Both the position numbers and the translations under genes were made by a program. Shown piece after piece: positions 26,760 through 36,300 of a stretch of 52,518 nt of DNA; positions within the stretch are counted from its first letter, which is position 1; every line of letters begins with the position of its first letter. The notes under the pieces were generated by a model. It worked only from the letters and a program-made list of their open reading frames with translations, made no database searches and was not told the origin of the DNA. The stretch lies in the NCBI GenBank assembly GCA_040752415.1, contig JBFMGU010000043.1, positions 1 through 52,518 of the forward strand, written 5' to 3'. This DNA is from Myxococcota bacterium. GTDB taxonomy: Bacteria; Myxococcota; JACRCW01.

Positions 26760-28382
26760 ATGCGGGCACAACGTTCAGGATGGTTTGCCGCGCTGGTGGG
26801 CGTGGCGCTGGCCGGAGGCTGTGGTGGCTGCCCCTCGTCGGGCGTGCTGGGTCAACCCGACGAAGGAAGCAGCGGCAGCGCGCAAGGCACCAGCAGCGGA
26901 CAGAGCGCCAGCGGGAGCTCCGGGGCCTCGGGCTCGTCGGGTTCCTCCAACGGTGGCAGCGGTGGCGACGGAGGCAATCCGCTGGAGCAGCCGCTCTCCG
27001 AGTTCTGCGAGGGGACCGGTGCGCCGGTGAACGTGGGCCAGTCCGGCACCTGCGCGGGCCAGCTCGCCGAGGACACCTTCACGTTCGCGCTGTGCGCCTG
27101 TGACAACGTTGCCGTGGGCTCGCAGCTCACCCTCGACTCCTTCGACTCGCGCCTGGGCCCCTACGGCGCCGTCGACGGTGGCACGCTCAACGTGTTCTCC
27201 GACGGACAGCTGGGCCTGAACGGCGGTCCGCTCACCCTGGACAACAAGCTCACCGTGCACGGCTCCGCGTTCATTGGCGGCGGCGGAATCCAGACGGGAC
27301 CGGACAGCCTGGTGCAGCACAACCTGTACGCGTACGGAGATGGCACCGCCGTCAGCAACACGCGCCTCACCGTGGGACGGAACGCCTTCATCCATGGCGA
27401 CGTGCCGGCGCGCTTCACCATCCAGGGCAACCTCACCGTGCCGCCCGGTGCGCAGGTGGATGGCACCGTGGTGGGCAACACCACGCAGGCGGATTTTCCC
27501 CAGCAGCTCCCCTGCCCCTGCGGCGCCAACCAGGTCCTCGACGTGGGCGCCATCACCACCTGGGCCGCCACCCACAATGACAACCAGCAGTCCGACGGCG
27601 GCGTGAACGCGCAGGCCTGGGAGGACGGCACCGGTCCCTCGGAGGTGCATCTCCCGTGCGGGCGTTACCACGTCACCAGCATCAACCAGGGCGGCTCTTT
27701 CCGGCTGGTGGCGGAAGGGCGCGTGGTGCTGTTCGTCGACGGGGACCTGCACACCGGCAGCCTCTCCGTCGAGCTGGCGGAGGGCGCCGAGCTGGACCTG
27801 TTCGTCAAGGGCAATCTCGTCGTCGACGGCGCGGCGTCCTTCGGTTCCGCCAACGCCCCCTCACGCGTGCGCACCTACGTGGGCGGCGACATGGACCTGC
27901 AGGCATCCAGCCTCTTCGCCGGCAACGTCTACGCCCCCAACGCCGACGTGACCTTCAACGCCTCGGCGGAGCTCTACGGCTCGCTCTTCGTGCGTCGGGT
28001 GACCTTCAACGCCTCGGCGGCGGTGCACTTTGACAGCGCCATCCGCGCCGCGGGTGACGGGTGCACGCCCCAGCCCGACGGCGGCGTGGTCGACGCGGGC
28101 GGGAACGGCGCGGGTGACGCGGGCCACGGCGGCACCCACGACGCGGGCGGAGGCACGGGCGCGGACGCGGGTCGTCGCGACGGCGGAAACGTGGTGCCGG
28201 ACGCGGGTGGCGGCGGCGACACGTGCACGGACCGGTGCAGCGGGGAGTGCGGCCTGCAGGCCTGCATCATCCCCAGCGGAGCCAGCGCGGGACAGTGCGC
28301 GCCGTGCACCTCCGACCTGGACTGCTGCGCGCCGGACATCTGCGACATCGCCCACGGCGAGTGCACGCTCAACGCGTTCTAA
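26760..28382 (+). CDS. Cys-rich lipoprotein with a beta-helix-like repeat region and DAG repeats
   Basis: Lipobox LAGGC; LPCGRY, VVLFVDGDL, FAGNVYAPNA, ELYGSLF; Cys-rich C-terminus. Confidence 0.75.
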   Translation: MRAQRSGWFAALVGVALAGGCGGCPSSGVLGQPDEGSSGSAQGTSSGQSASGSSGASGSSGSSNGGSGGDGGNPLEQPLSEFCEGTGAPVNVGQSGTCAGQLAEDTFTFALCACDNVAVGSQLTLDSFDSRLGPYGAVDGGTLNVFSDGQLGLNGGPLTLDNKLTVHGSAFIGGGGIQTGPDSLVQHNLYAYGDGTAVSNTRLTVGRNAFIHGDVPARFTIQGNLTVPPGAQVDGTVVGNTTQADFPQQLPCPCGANQVLDVGAITTWAATHNDNQQSDGGVNAQAWEDGTGPSEVHLPCGRYHVTSINQGGSFRLVAEGRVVLFVDGDLHTGSLSVELAEGAELDLFVKGNLVVDGAASFGSANAPSRVRTYVGGDMDLQASSLFAGNVYAPNADVTFNASAELYGSLFVRRVTFNASAAVHFDSAIRAAGDGCTPQPDGGVVDAGGNGAGDAGHGGTHDAGGGTGADAGRRDGGNVVPDAGGGGDTCTDRCSGECGLQACIIPSGASAGQCAPCTSDLDCCAPDICDIAHGECTLNAF

Positions 28383-28486
28383 GTCCCGCTCACGCTCGAG
28401 CACGACGAGGAAGCGGCGCCCGGGTTGTTCCGTTCCGCGCCGGTGCGTTACCATGCGCGTCCGACGGAGATGCGCGCGGCTCCCAC

Positions 28487-29185
28487 ATGAACAGGCCCCT
28501 CCTGACGCTGCTCGCCCACAACGAGGCCGCCTCGATTGCCGGGGTGGTGCAGGAGCTGCGCGCGCAGGTGCCCCATGCCGAGGTGTTGGTGGTGGATGAC
28601 GGCTCCACCGACGACACCGGCGCGGTGGCGCTGCGCGCGGGCGCGGTGGTGGTGCGGCACCTGGTCAACCTGGGCGTGGCGGGCGGGGAGTCCACCGCGC
28701 TGATGTACGCGCAGCGCCACGGCCATGACTGCGTGATCCGCATGGATGGCGACGGACAACATGATCCCGGCTGCGTGCAGGACCTCCTCAACGCGCTCTC
28801 CGCAGGCGCGGACCTCGTCGTGGGGAGCCGCTTCCTGGGGGAGGCCGGCTTCCGCTCCACCGGTGTGCGACGCGTGGGCATTGCGCTGCTCTCCGGTCTG
28901 CTCACCCGCCTGTGCGGCGCGCGCGTCACCGACCCCACGTCGGGATTCCGCGGTTTCTCGCCGCGCGCGGTGGAACTGTTCAGCACCACCTATCCGCATG
29001 ACTACCCGGAGCCGGAGAGCGTGCTCATGGCGTACCGTCGGGGATTGCGGGTGTGTGAGGTGCCGGTGCGCATGCGCCCGCGTCGCTTCGGGAAGAGCTC
29101 GCTCACGCCGCTGCGTTCCGCGCTCTACATGGCCAAGGTGTTCACCGCGCTCTCCCTGGAGCTGCTCCGTCCGAGGTCACCATGA
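28487..29185 (+). CDS. Glycosyltransferase family 2 (DPM1-like)
   Basis: AHNEA, VVDDGSTDDT, MDGDGQH, VVGSRF, TDPTSGFR, YPEPE. Confidence 0.92.
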   Translation: MNRPLLTLLAHNEAASIAGVVQELRAQVPHAEVLVVDDGSTDDTGAVALRAGAVVVRHLVNLGVAGGESTALMYAQRHGHDCVIRMDGDGQHDPGCVQDLLNALSAGADLVVGSRFLGEAGFRSTGVRRVGIALLSGLLTRLCGARVTDPTSGFRGFSPRAVELFSTTYPHDYPEPESVLMAYRRGLRVCEVPVRMRPRRFGKSSLTPLRSALYMAKVFTALSLELLRPRSP

Positions 29186-29559
29186 ATCGTTCCAGCGTCA
29201 TCATCCTGGTCCTGGCGGGGCTGTTCGCGTTGCAGGTGATCATCGCCGCGCGGCGCCGGCGCACGCATGAGTGGCACACCATCCTGTGGCTCATGGTCTC
29301 CGTCGTCACCGCCGCGCTCGCCATCTGGCGCCCGGCCATCGACGAGATTGCCAGCGCCATGGGCATCTACTACCCGCCCTCCGCGCTGTTCCTGGCGTGC
29401 CTGTCCGGGCTGTTGTGGCTGGTCTACCGCCTGAGCCTGGAGGTGGCCGACCAGCGTCGGGCCATCCGTCGGCTGGTGCAGGAGGTGGCCATCCTCAACG
29501 CGCGCGCGCCGTCCGCAAACTCCGTCCACGACGACGCCGTGCCGGCGCGCGCATCCTGA
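29182..29559 (+). CDS. DUF2304-like small membrane protein
   Basis: ATGA overlap with the GT2 gene. Three TM helices, GIYYPPSALF, IRRLVQEVAIL. Typical GT2 partner. Confidence 0.82.
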   Translation: MNRSSVIILVLAGLFALQVIIAARRRRTHEWHTILWLMVSVVTAALAIWRPAIDEIASAMGIYYPPSALFLACLSGLLWLVYRLSLEVADQRRAIRRLVQEVAILNARAPSANSVHDDAVPARAS

Positions 29560-29589
29560 GGTGCCAACGCGGGTAGCTGGGCCCCAGGT

Positions 29590-30357
29590 TCACGTCGGGG
29601 CGTCCACCTCGGGATACGGACGGGAGTACTGCTGCACCAGGTACGCTCCCAGCGGCTGATCCCACGTGCGCGCCGCCGCCAGCAGCTCCTCCCGAGGGAG
29701 CATCACCCGCCGCAGGCCCACCGACACCGTGGCGCCCCGTGCTTCCACCACCGCGTACTCCGCCATGGGCATGACCGTGGGCGGAGCGCCGGCCACGAAG
29801 TCGCGGAACGGAAGCCCCACGCTGCCCGGGTTCAAGAGGAGCGTGCCGTGGTGTTGTCGCAGCATCTGCACGTGCGTGTGTCCGCCCGCCATCACGGTGG
29901 CGCGGTGTGCGCCCAGCATGGTGTCCACCAGCGCCGCGGGCGTCTCCGCGAGCAGGTCGGTGGTGTTGGACGCCGGCGTCCCGTGGAAGAGCAACAGGCG
30001 CACCGGCCCCAGCTCCAGGGTGTGTCGCTCCGCAAAGGTGCTCACGAAGGTCACGTCGTCGGGAGTGAGCTGGCTGCGACACCATGACACCGCGGCCACG
30101 ACGGGCGGCGCCTCGGTGTAGTCGCGGATGGTGTCGGGGCGGATGAGGAACTCGTCGTGATTTCCCAGGATGACGTGGGTGCAGCGCTCCCGGACCAGCT
30201 GCAGCACCTCGCGGGGATGTGGTCCCAACGTGGCCACGTCGCCCAGGCACACCACGTGGTCCACACCCCAGGCCTTCGCGTCGTCGAGAACCGCGCGCAG
30301 GGCCAGCGCGTTGCCGTGCACGTCGGAGATCAATGCGGTTCGATGGATGGTTGTCAT
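29590..30357 (-). CDS. Metallophosphoesterase (YfcE/MJ0936-like)
   Basis: ISDVHGN, CLGDV, GNHD, FHGTP, GHTH, NPGSVG; AAGGAGG RBS. Confidence 0.92.
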   Translation of the reverse strand: MTTIHRTALISDVHGNALALRAVLDDAKAWGVDHVVCLGDVATLGPHPREVLQLVRERCTHVILGNHDEFLIRPDTIRDYTEAPPVVAAVSWCRSQLTPDDVTFVSTFAERHTLELGPVRLLLFHGTPASNTTDLLAETPAALVDTMLGAHRATVMAGGHTHVQMLRQHHGTLLLNPGSVGLPFRDFVAGAPPTVMPMAEYAVVEARGATVSVGLRRVMLPREELLAAARTWDQPLGAYLVQQYSRPYPEVDAPT

Positions 30358-30469
30358 GATGGCCTCCTTCACGGTCCGCAGCCTGCCGTGGGCGGGGAAC
30401 GCGTGCTGTCGGCTGGGCGACACTCCCGTCGTTTTTCCGGCCGGCCGCGCCGTGCAACATTGCCAGCGC

Positions 30470-31189
30470 ATGACAAAAGGCGTGGCGTTGCTGCGACAAC
30501 TGCGCGTGTTCGCGGACGTCTCCGAGGGGGACCTGCAGGCCGCTGCCCACGCGGTGACCTCGCAACGCCACCGACGTGGTCACACCGTGGTGGAGCAGGG
30601 CGCGGAAGCCGACGCGGTCTACGGTGTGCTCTCCGGCCGCCTCAAGGTGGTGCTGCCCGGTCCCGACGGTACCGACGCCACCGTCGCCGTGCTGGGCCCC
30701 GGTGAGATCTTTGGCGAGCTTGCACTGCTGCGTCGCTCCACCCGTTCCGCGCGTGTGGTGGCGCTGGATGACGTGGAACTGGCGCGGCTGGCGGGCGCGG
30801 CGTTCCTGGAGTTGGTGGCGCGCTCCCACGCACTGTCGCGTCAACTGAACACCATGCTGGCGGAGCGGATGCTCGGCATGGGCGGTCACCTGGAAAGCGT
30901 GACGACGTCACCGGTGGCCCAGCGGGTGGCGCGCGCGCTGCTGGAGCTGGTGACACCCCACCTCCCGCGCAACGCCCGGACCGCCACGTTGGATCCCAGC
31001 CTCTCGCAGCAGGAGCTCGCGGAGCTGGCCCACGCCAGCCGGCAGAGCGTGAACGAGTGTCTCCAGCGGTGGCGTCGGGACGGCATCCTGGAGCACGACC
31101 GTCGCCGCGTGGTGTTCCATGACCTCCCGCGCCTGCGCGCCCTGGCGGAAGGCCCCGCCCCGCCCGCGCGATCCCACCGTCGTGGTTGA
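30470..31189 (+). CDS. Crp/Fnr family transcriptional regulator
   Basis: cNMP domain GPGEIFGELALL..TRSA; HTH LSQQELAELAHASRQSVNECL. Confidence 0.92.
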   Translation: MTKGVALLRQLRVFADVSEGDLQAAAHAVTSQRHRRGHTVVEQGAEADAVYGVLSGRLKVVLPGPDGTDATVAVLGPGEIFGELALLRRSTRSARVVALDDVELARLAGAAFLELVARSHALSRQLNTMLAERMLGMGGHLESVTTSPVAQRVARALLELVTPHLPRNARTATLDPSLSQQELAELAHASRQSVNECLQRWRRDGILEHDRRRVVFHDLPRLRALAEGPAPPARSHRRG

Positions 31190-31223
31190 CACCGGCCAGG
31201 CTTAGTGATAACCTAACGGTTAT
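31186..31223 (+). promoter_or_regulatory. Sigma70 promoter (extended -10) with an overlapping palindromic operator; likely leaderless arsR transcript
   Basis: TTGACA (31186-31191), 17 nt, TAACCT (31209-31214) preceded by TGn. Palindrome ATAACC-N4-GGTTAT (31208-31223) overlaps the ATG. Confidence 0.7.
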
Positions 31224-31605
31224 GGAACGCTCGAGTCATGCACGCGGAGACAGCGCCCGCCTCGACGCCACGTTTGCGGCGCTGGCCGACCCCACGCGCC
31301 GCGCGATCCTGGCCCGGCTGGCGCAGGGCGAGACGTCGGTGATGGACCTGGCCAAACCGTTCGCCATGAGCCAGCCCGCCATCTCCAAACATCTCAAGGT
31401 GCTGGAGCGCGCGGGTCTGATCTCCCGTGGGCGGGATGCGCAGCGTCGCCCGTGCCGCATCGAGGCCGCGCCGCTGGCGGAAGCCAATGCGTACCTGGAG
31501 AAGTACCGCCAGTTCTGGGAGCGCACCTTCGAGAACCTCGACAACCTGCTCGAGGAGATGAAGGCCGAGCAGGCCAGGTCTCCACGCAAGAAGAGAACCC
31601 ACTGA
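31222..31605 (+). CDS. ArsR/SmtB family transcriptional regulator
   Basis: FAALADPTRRAILARL, MSQPAISKHLKVLERAGLI. Confidence 0.93.
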   Translation: MERSSHARGDSARLDATFAALADPTRRAILARLAQGETSVMDLAKPFAMSQPAISKHLKVLERAGLISRGRDAQRRPCRIEAAPLAEANAYLEKYRQFWERTFENLDNLLEEMKAEQARSPRKKRTH

Positions 31606-31616
31606 GGGCCAACCTG

Positions 31617-32099
31617 ATGATGAACACCGGAAAGACGAAGGTCACCACCCCCAGCGACCGGGAAATCATGATCACGCGCGAGTTCAACGCGCCGCGCGCC
31701 CTGGTCTACGACGCGTACACCAGGCCGGAGCTGATTCGTCGCTGGCTCGGCGTGCAGCCGGGTTGGAGCATGGCGGTGTGTGAGGTGGACCTGCGCGTGG
31801 GCGGCACCTACCGCTACCAGTGGCGCGGCCCCGACGGGATGAGCATGGGAATGCGCGGCGTGTACTGGGAGATCGTCCCGCGCGAGAAGCTCGTGTCCTC
31901 CGAGAAGTTCGACGAGGCGTGGTACCAGGGTGATGCCATGGGGACGGTGGAGTTCAGGGAGAACGCCGGCCGCACCACCATCACCACCACCATCCGCTAC
32001 GACTCCCAGGAGATCCGCGACGCGGTGCTGAAGAGCCCCATGGAGCAGGGCATGGCCGCGGCCTTCAACACGCTGGAGGAGCTGCTGGCATCCCTCTGA
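31617..32099 (+). CDS. SRPBCC/AHSA1 domain protein
   Basis: DREIMITREFNAPRALVYDAYTRPELIRRW, DLRVGGTYRY; typical ArsR partner. Confidence 0.92.
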   Translation: MMNTGKTKVTTPSDREIMITREFNAPRALVYDAYTRPELIRRWLGVQPGWSMAVCEVDLRVGGTYRYQWRGPDGMSMGMRGVYWEIVPREKLVSSEKFDEAWYQGDAMGTVEFRENAGRTTITTTIRYDSQEIRDAVLKSPMEQGMAAAFNTLEELLASL

Positions 32100-32188
32100 G
32101 CGGACCGCCGCGCACCGCGTGGAGGTTGCCTCGGACACTGCCCCCGCGGCGCACTTGGGGCCCTCTTCCGACGCCACGCGTCTTGAGT
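32097..32188. repeat. ~92-bp direct repeat, copy 1
   Basis: TGAGCGGACCGCCGCGCACCGCGTGGAGGTTGCCTCGGAC...TTCCGACGCCACGCGTCTTGAGT; near-identical to 33299-33389. Confidence 0.9.
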
Positions 32189-32249
32189 TTATCGCGTTCC
32201 TGGCTGGGCGTGAGCAGGCGGACCGGGTGCGAGCAACCGCACGCGGCGC

Positions 32250-32969
32250 TCAGTCCCGCCACTCGCTCGTCGACGCATCCACCTGCACCAGCCGGCGCAT
32301 CGGGATCGCGTGGCGCGCGAGGAGGGCCTTCACCGCCTCGACGTCGTCGGCGCCCTCCAAGGTCCAGCTCGGGGTCGAGCGCGCGAGCTGGAGCGACAGC
32401 CACGAGGCATCGACGTCGGCGCGCTTCACCTCGGTGAGCGGCTCGCGCAGCGTCACGCGGCCGAAGCGCTCGGAGTAGCCGTCGAGGCCCACCGCCGCGA
32501 TCGCCGCGTCGCCGATCACGATCGCCTCGAGCTGCGCGCTCCCGCCGTGGCGGCGGCCGACCAGCACCTGCGCGGGCGCGCCTCGCGCACCGGGCAGGGC
32601 CACGCCGCACACACGCTTGTTCGCCGGCATGTGCGCGCTGCCGCCCGAGAGGAGGACGAACGGGATCCCGCGTGCGTCCCCGGGCAGCTCGAGCAGCGCC
32701 GCCGCCGCGCGCAGCACCTCCACCTCGGCGCCTTTGGGTAGGTCGTGCGCAATCGACGTCATCGGCTTGGCGTGGGCCATCGCCGCGTACGCCGAGGGCT
32801 CGCAGCAGGTATGGACTTCGAGTCGCGCGCCCGAGCGGCGTGCGATCACCGACCAGTACACGCCCTCGGCGTCGTCGGCGGAGGATGCGGTCGTGGCCGG
32901 CGAGAGCTGGGCGCCCGTGATCGCGCCGAGGACGCGCCGCGCGGCCGAGAGGATGGAATCGTCGGACAT
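32250..32969 (-). CDS. Hypothetical protein (orphan) between the direct repeats
   Basis: 239-aa ORF with plausible composition; no recognisable motif. Confidence 0.6.
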   Translation of the reverse strand: MSDDSILSAARRVLGAITGAQLSPATTASSADDAEGVYWSVIARRSGARLEVHTCCEPSAYAAMAHAKPMTSIAHDLPKGAEVEVLRAAAALLELPGDARGIPFVLLSGGSAHMPANKRVCGVALPGARGAPAQVLVGRRHGGSAQLEAIVIGDAAIAAVGLDGYSERFGRVTLREPLTEVKRADVDASWLSLQLARSTPSWTLEGADDVEAVKALLARHAIPMRRLVQVDASTSEWRD

Positions 32970-33298
32970 CGCGCGAAGCCTACAGCACCACCCGTTCCTC
33001 CAACAGCACGCCGTCGCGCAGGCCCGCGGCGCGGATGGTGAGGTGAACGGTCCGAAGGTGTGGTGACGTCAAGGAGGGACCTCTGGGGGTGTTGGCCGAG
33101 TAGCCCCAGCGATGGCTTCGTGCACGTCGTGGATCTGATGGGCCGCATCGGCCCGATGGTCCGCCTTCTTCAGGCGGTAGGTCAGCATGCCCTCGGGGCG
33201 CCCTTCAGTCTCCCGAGCGCGATGGGCCCGCGCAGCAGATAGCGGCACAGCCGCGCCAAGGTGTATCCGGCCCTGATGGCAGCGGCACTCACAGCTTG

Positions 33299-33389
33299 TG
33301 AGCGGACCACCGCGCACCGCGCGGAGGTTGCCTCGGACGCTGCCTGCACGGCACACTTGGGGCTCCTTCCGACGCCACGCGTCTTGAGT
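33299..33389. repeat. ~91-bp direct repeat, copy 2
   Basis: About 10 differences from 32097-32188 by eye. Confidence 0.9.
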
Positions 33390-33397
33390 GGAGCGCA

Positions 33398-36300
33398 GTG
33401 ACCGTCCTTCGCCCGTTGCACTCCCGCGTCCTTCCCGGCCACCTGCGTCGGCTTGTCGTCGTGGCGCTGGCGCTGGGCGCCGCTTGCACCACGCCGCCTC
33501 CCGGCGTCGACGTCAACGGGATGGCCCCCGGCACGGTGCGCGTGCGTTTCACCTGGCCCAAGGAGCCGCGCTACCGCGAGCGGATGTCGGCGTGGTTGCA
33601 CGTGGTGGACCGCGACAATCCATCTGCCACTTCCGTCTCGGACGGCCCGTTCGACTACCGCTACACCGAGCCCGTCAACCGCAACCTGCAGATCCCCAAT
33701 GGTCGCAGCGTGGTGGTGACGTTGGAGCTGCGGCCCACGCCGGACTCCACGGAGGTCTACTTCCGCGGCGTGTCCCAACCGCGCGAGATTCGCCAGGAGG
33801 ATCCCACGCCCGTCAACATCGAGGTGCCCATCATCCCCACGCCGTGCCGCGAGGTCGACGACGAGAAACTGTGCCTGGCGGTCCTGCACGACCTGCCCAC
33901 GTACGGGGAGCTGCCCTACACCAACTCGCCGCAGGTCCAGGTGGTGCTGGTGCCGCCGGCCACCGCGGTGCATGTGCAGCTCTCCAACACCGAGGACATG
34001 AAGGGCGCCGCCACGCGGGAGTTCGAGCTGGCGCGTTTTCCGCTCGAGGAGGTGGCGGTGGGCACGCGCGGTCGCAAGCTGGATTGGGACCTCACGCGCG
34101 GACTGAGCGAGGACGACTGGCGCTGTCATGCGGAAGCTGGCTGCCTGCGCACCATCTACGCGCGTTTTCTCGACGGGGAACGCTTTGCCGGACCGTTGCT
34201 GCTCGTACCGGTCATGTTCGACCAGCAGGGTCCGGCGCTGCTGACGGGAGCGGGTGAGATCCTGGTGGAGCCCAACCCGGCGCGCGCCTCCTCCGTGCTC
34301 ACCGTTCGACTGCGCGCCAACGAGATCCTGCGCGGCCCGCCCACGCTGCAGGTGGATGAGAGCCCGGCGTTCGTCTTCCGTGCCCCCAGCGAAGGCGTGG
34401 CCTCCGACGTGTACACCTTCACCGGCGCCGCGGCGGGCCTCCTCGGGACCGACGGCGTCTACACCGTGCGCGCGTTGCTCAAGGACATCGCGGGCAATCC
34501 CTCCCACGAGCTGCCCATTGTCGGAACCCTGGAGCTGGACACGCACGAGCCCGAGCTGCTGGACCTGGTGGTGAGCACCGTTCCGCGCCCGGGAGCCACT
34601 TCCGTCGACACCACGCCGCAGTCCTCCCTGCCGGCGCGCGTGGGCCGCGACACCGTCACCACCGTGTCGTTCACGTCGGAGGACCTCACACCCACGCCGG
34701 AGGAGGCGGCGCAGGGCCGCGGCCCCTCATACCTGGTTTCGCTCGCGGGCCAGCCGGTGTTGCCGTGCCAGTCGCAGGCTCTCGTCGGGGAAGTGGTCCG
34801 CTACACCTGCGGCCCACTCCACGTGCAGCCGCAACCGGGACAGGAGGAACAGGAGATCGGTGACCTGGTGACGGTGTCCGCCGTCGACCGCGCGGGCAAC
34901 CAGCGGGTCTCGGAGTCCGTGCGCGTGGTGCTGGACTTCCGCGCTCCCGACGTCACCACGCAAGCCTTCCCCACGCGCCTCCGCGTTGGCGACGAGCTGG
35001 TGTTCTCCGCCGGCTTCTCCGAGCCGCTCGATCCGCAGAAGCAGCCGGTGCTGCACCTGGCCGGTGAGGACCGCCTGCCCTCGGAGCCGCCGCTGGGACT
35101 GCTCTACCGCTGGCGCATTCCCGCCGCGTCGCTGGGAGACGGCCACCACGTACCCACGGTGCTCGCCGAGGACGTGGTGGGGAACGCGGTGGCGGCCACC
35201 GGGGAAGCGTTCGACGTCGACGTGACCCCACCCGCGGTGACCTTGACGCTGGTGGGCGGGGTGCCGGGCGCCAACCCGCCGCGCTTCGGACCGGCGCACA
35301 CCATCTGCCTCGTCGTCGACACCGAGGCCGACGCCACCATCACCGCCGCGGTGGCCGGCGTGGGCCTCACGCTCTCCGACGGGACGGATGGCTGTGCGCT
35401 CGGGCAGTGGCGCCTCGGCGTCGATGCCGCGCCGTTTCCCGACGCGGACGAGACCGGCACGCTCATCATCACCTCGGTGGCCGACGCCTTCGACAACGTG
35501 GAGACCCGGCAGGTGGCGCTGGTGGTGGACCGGCGCGCGCCGCGGGTGACCCACGTGGACGTGCAGTATGAGCCGCCCGGCAACCACCCGCTCCCGTCGG
35601 TGACCGCGGCGGGGCCCGGCACCGTGGTCCGCCTGGACCTCACCACCGACGAGCCCGTGGACCCCACCACGGTGCGCGTGTGTGTCGGCTCCGCGGACTG
35701 CGCCGGTCTGCAGCTCATTCGCGCCGGCGATTCCGACGACACCCACCTGGTCTTCCTGCGCCCCGCCGACGGAACGGAGGCGGTGGGCGTGCACGCGCTC
35801 TACCTGCAGGCACGCGACGCGGCGGGGAACCTGAGCACACCCGCGCTCGGCACCACGGTGGAATTCCTCCACTACGACGGGAGCGCGCGTGTCCCGCTGG
35901 TGGTGGAACAGCAGCAGGTGGGCTGGACGCGCAGCCCATGGGGCGCAGTGACGACGGAGACAAGCACCACGCCCGACGGAGGCGCCGGCCATGTCATTCC
36001 CGCGCAACGCCATTTCGCGCTGTCGCCCGGGCGGGAGCGCGACGCGCGGGGTGAGCTCTCTGGGGACGCGTTCCAGGTGGCGGATGCGGGCGCGCCGCTG
36101 CTGGTGCGGGTGTGGGCGCGGCCTTCGCCTTTCGTGCCCGCGGACTTCGACGTCGACGAGGAGGTGCTGCTGGGCACCCTGTCCCCCAGCGTCGACGGAG
36201 GTTGGCCCCGCACCCCGCTGTCCAACGTGGACGCCCCCGGTGTCGTCGTCACCGCGGTGGACCGCGCGGGGAACGAGTCGCTGCCCGTGGCGGTGGAGCG

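Noticed and set aside
32097..33389. Classical integron attC cassette
   Set aside because: There are no proper RYYYAAC/GTTRRRY ends and no integrase in the window.
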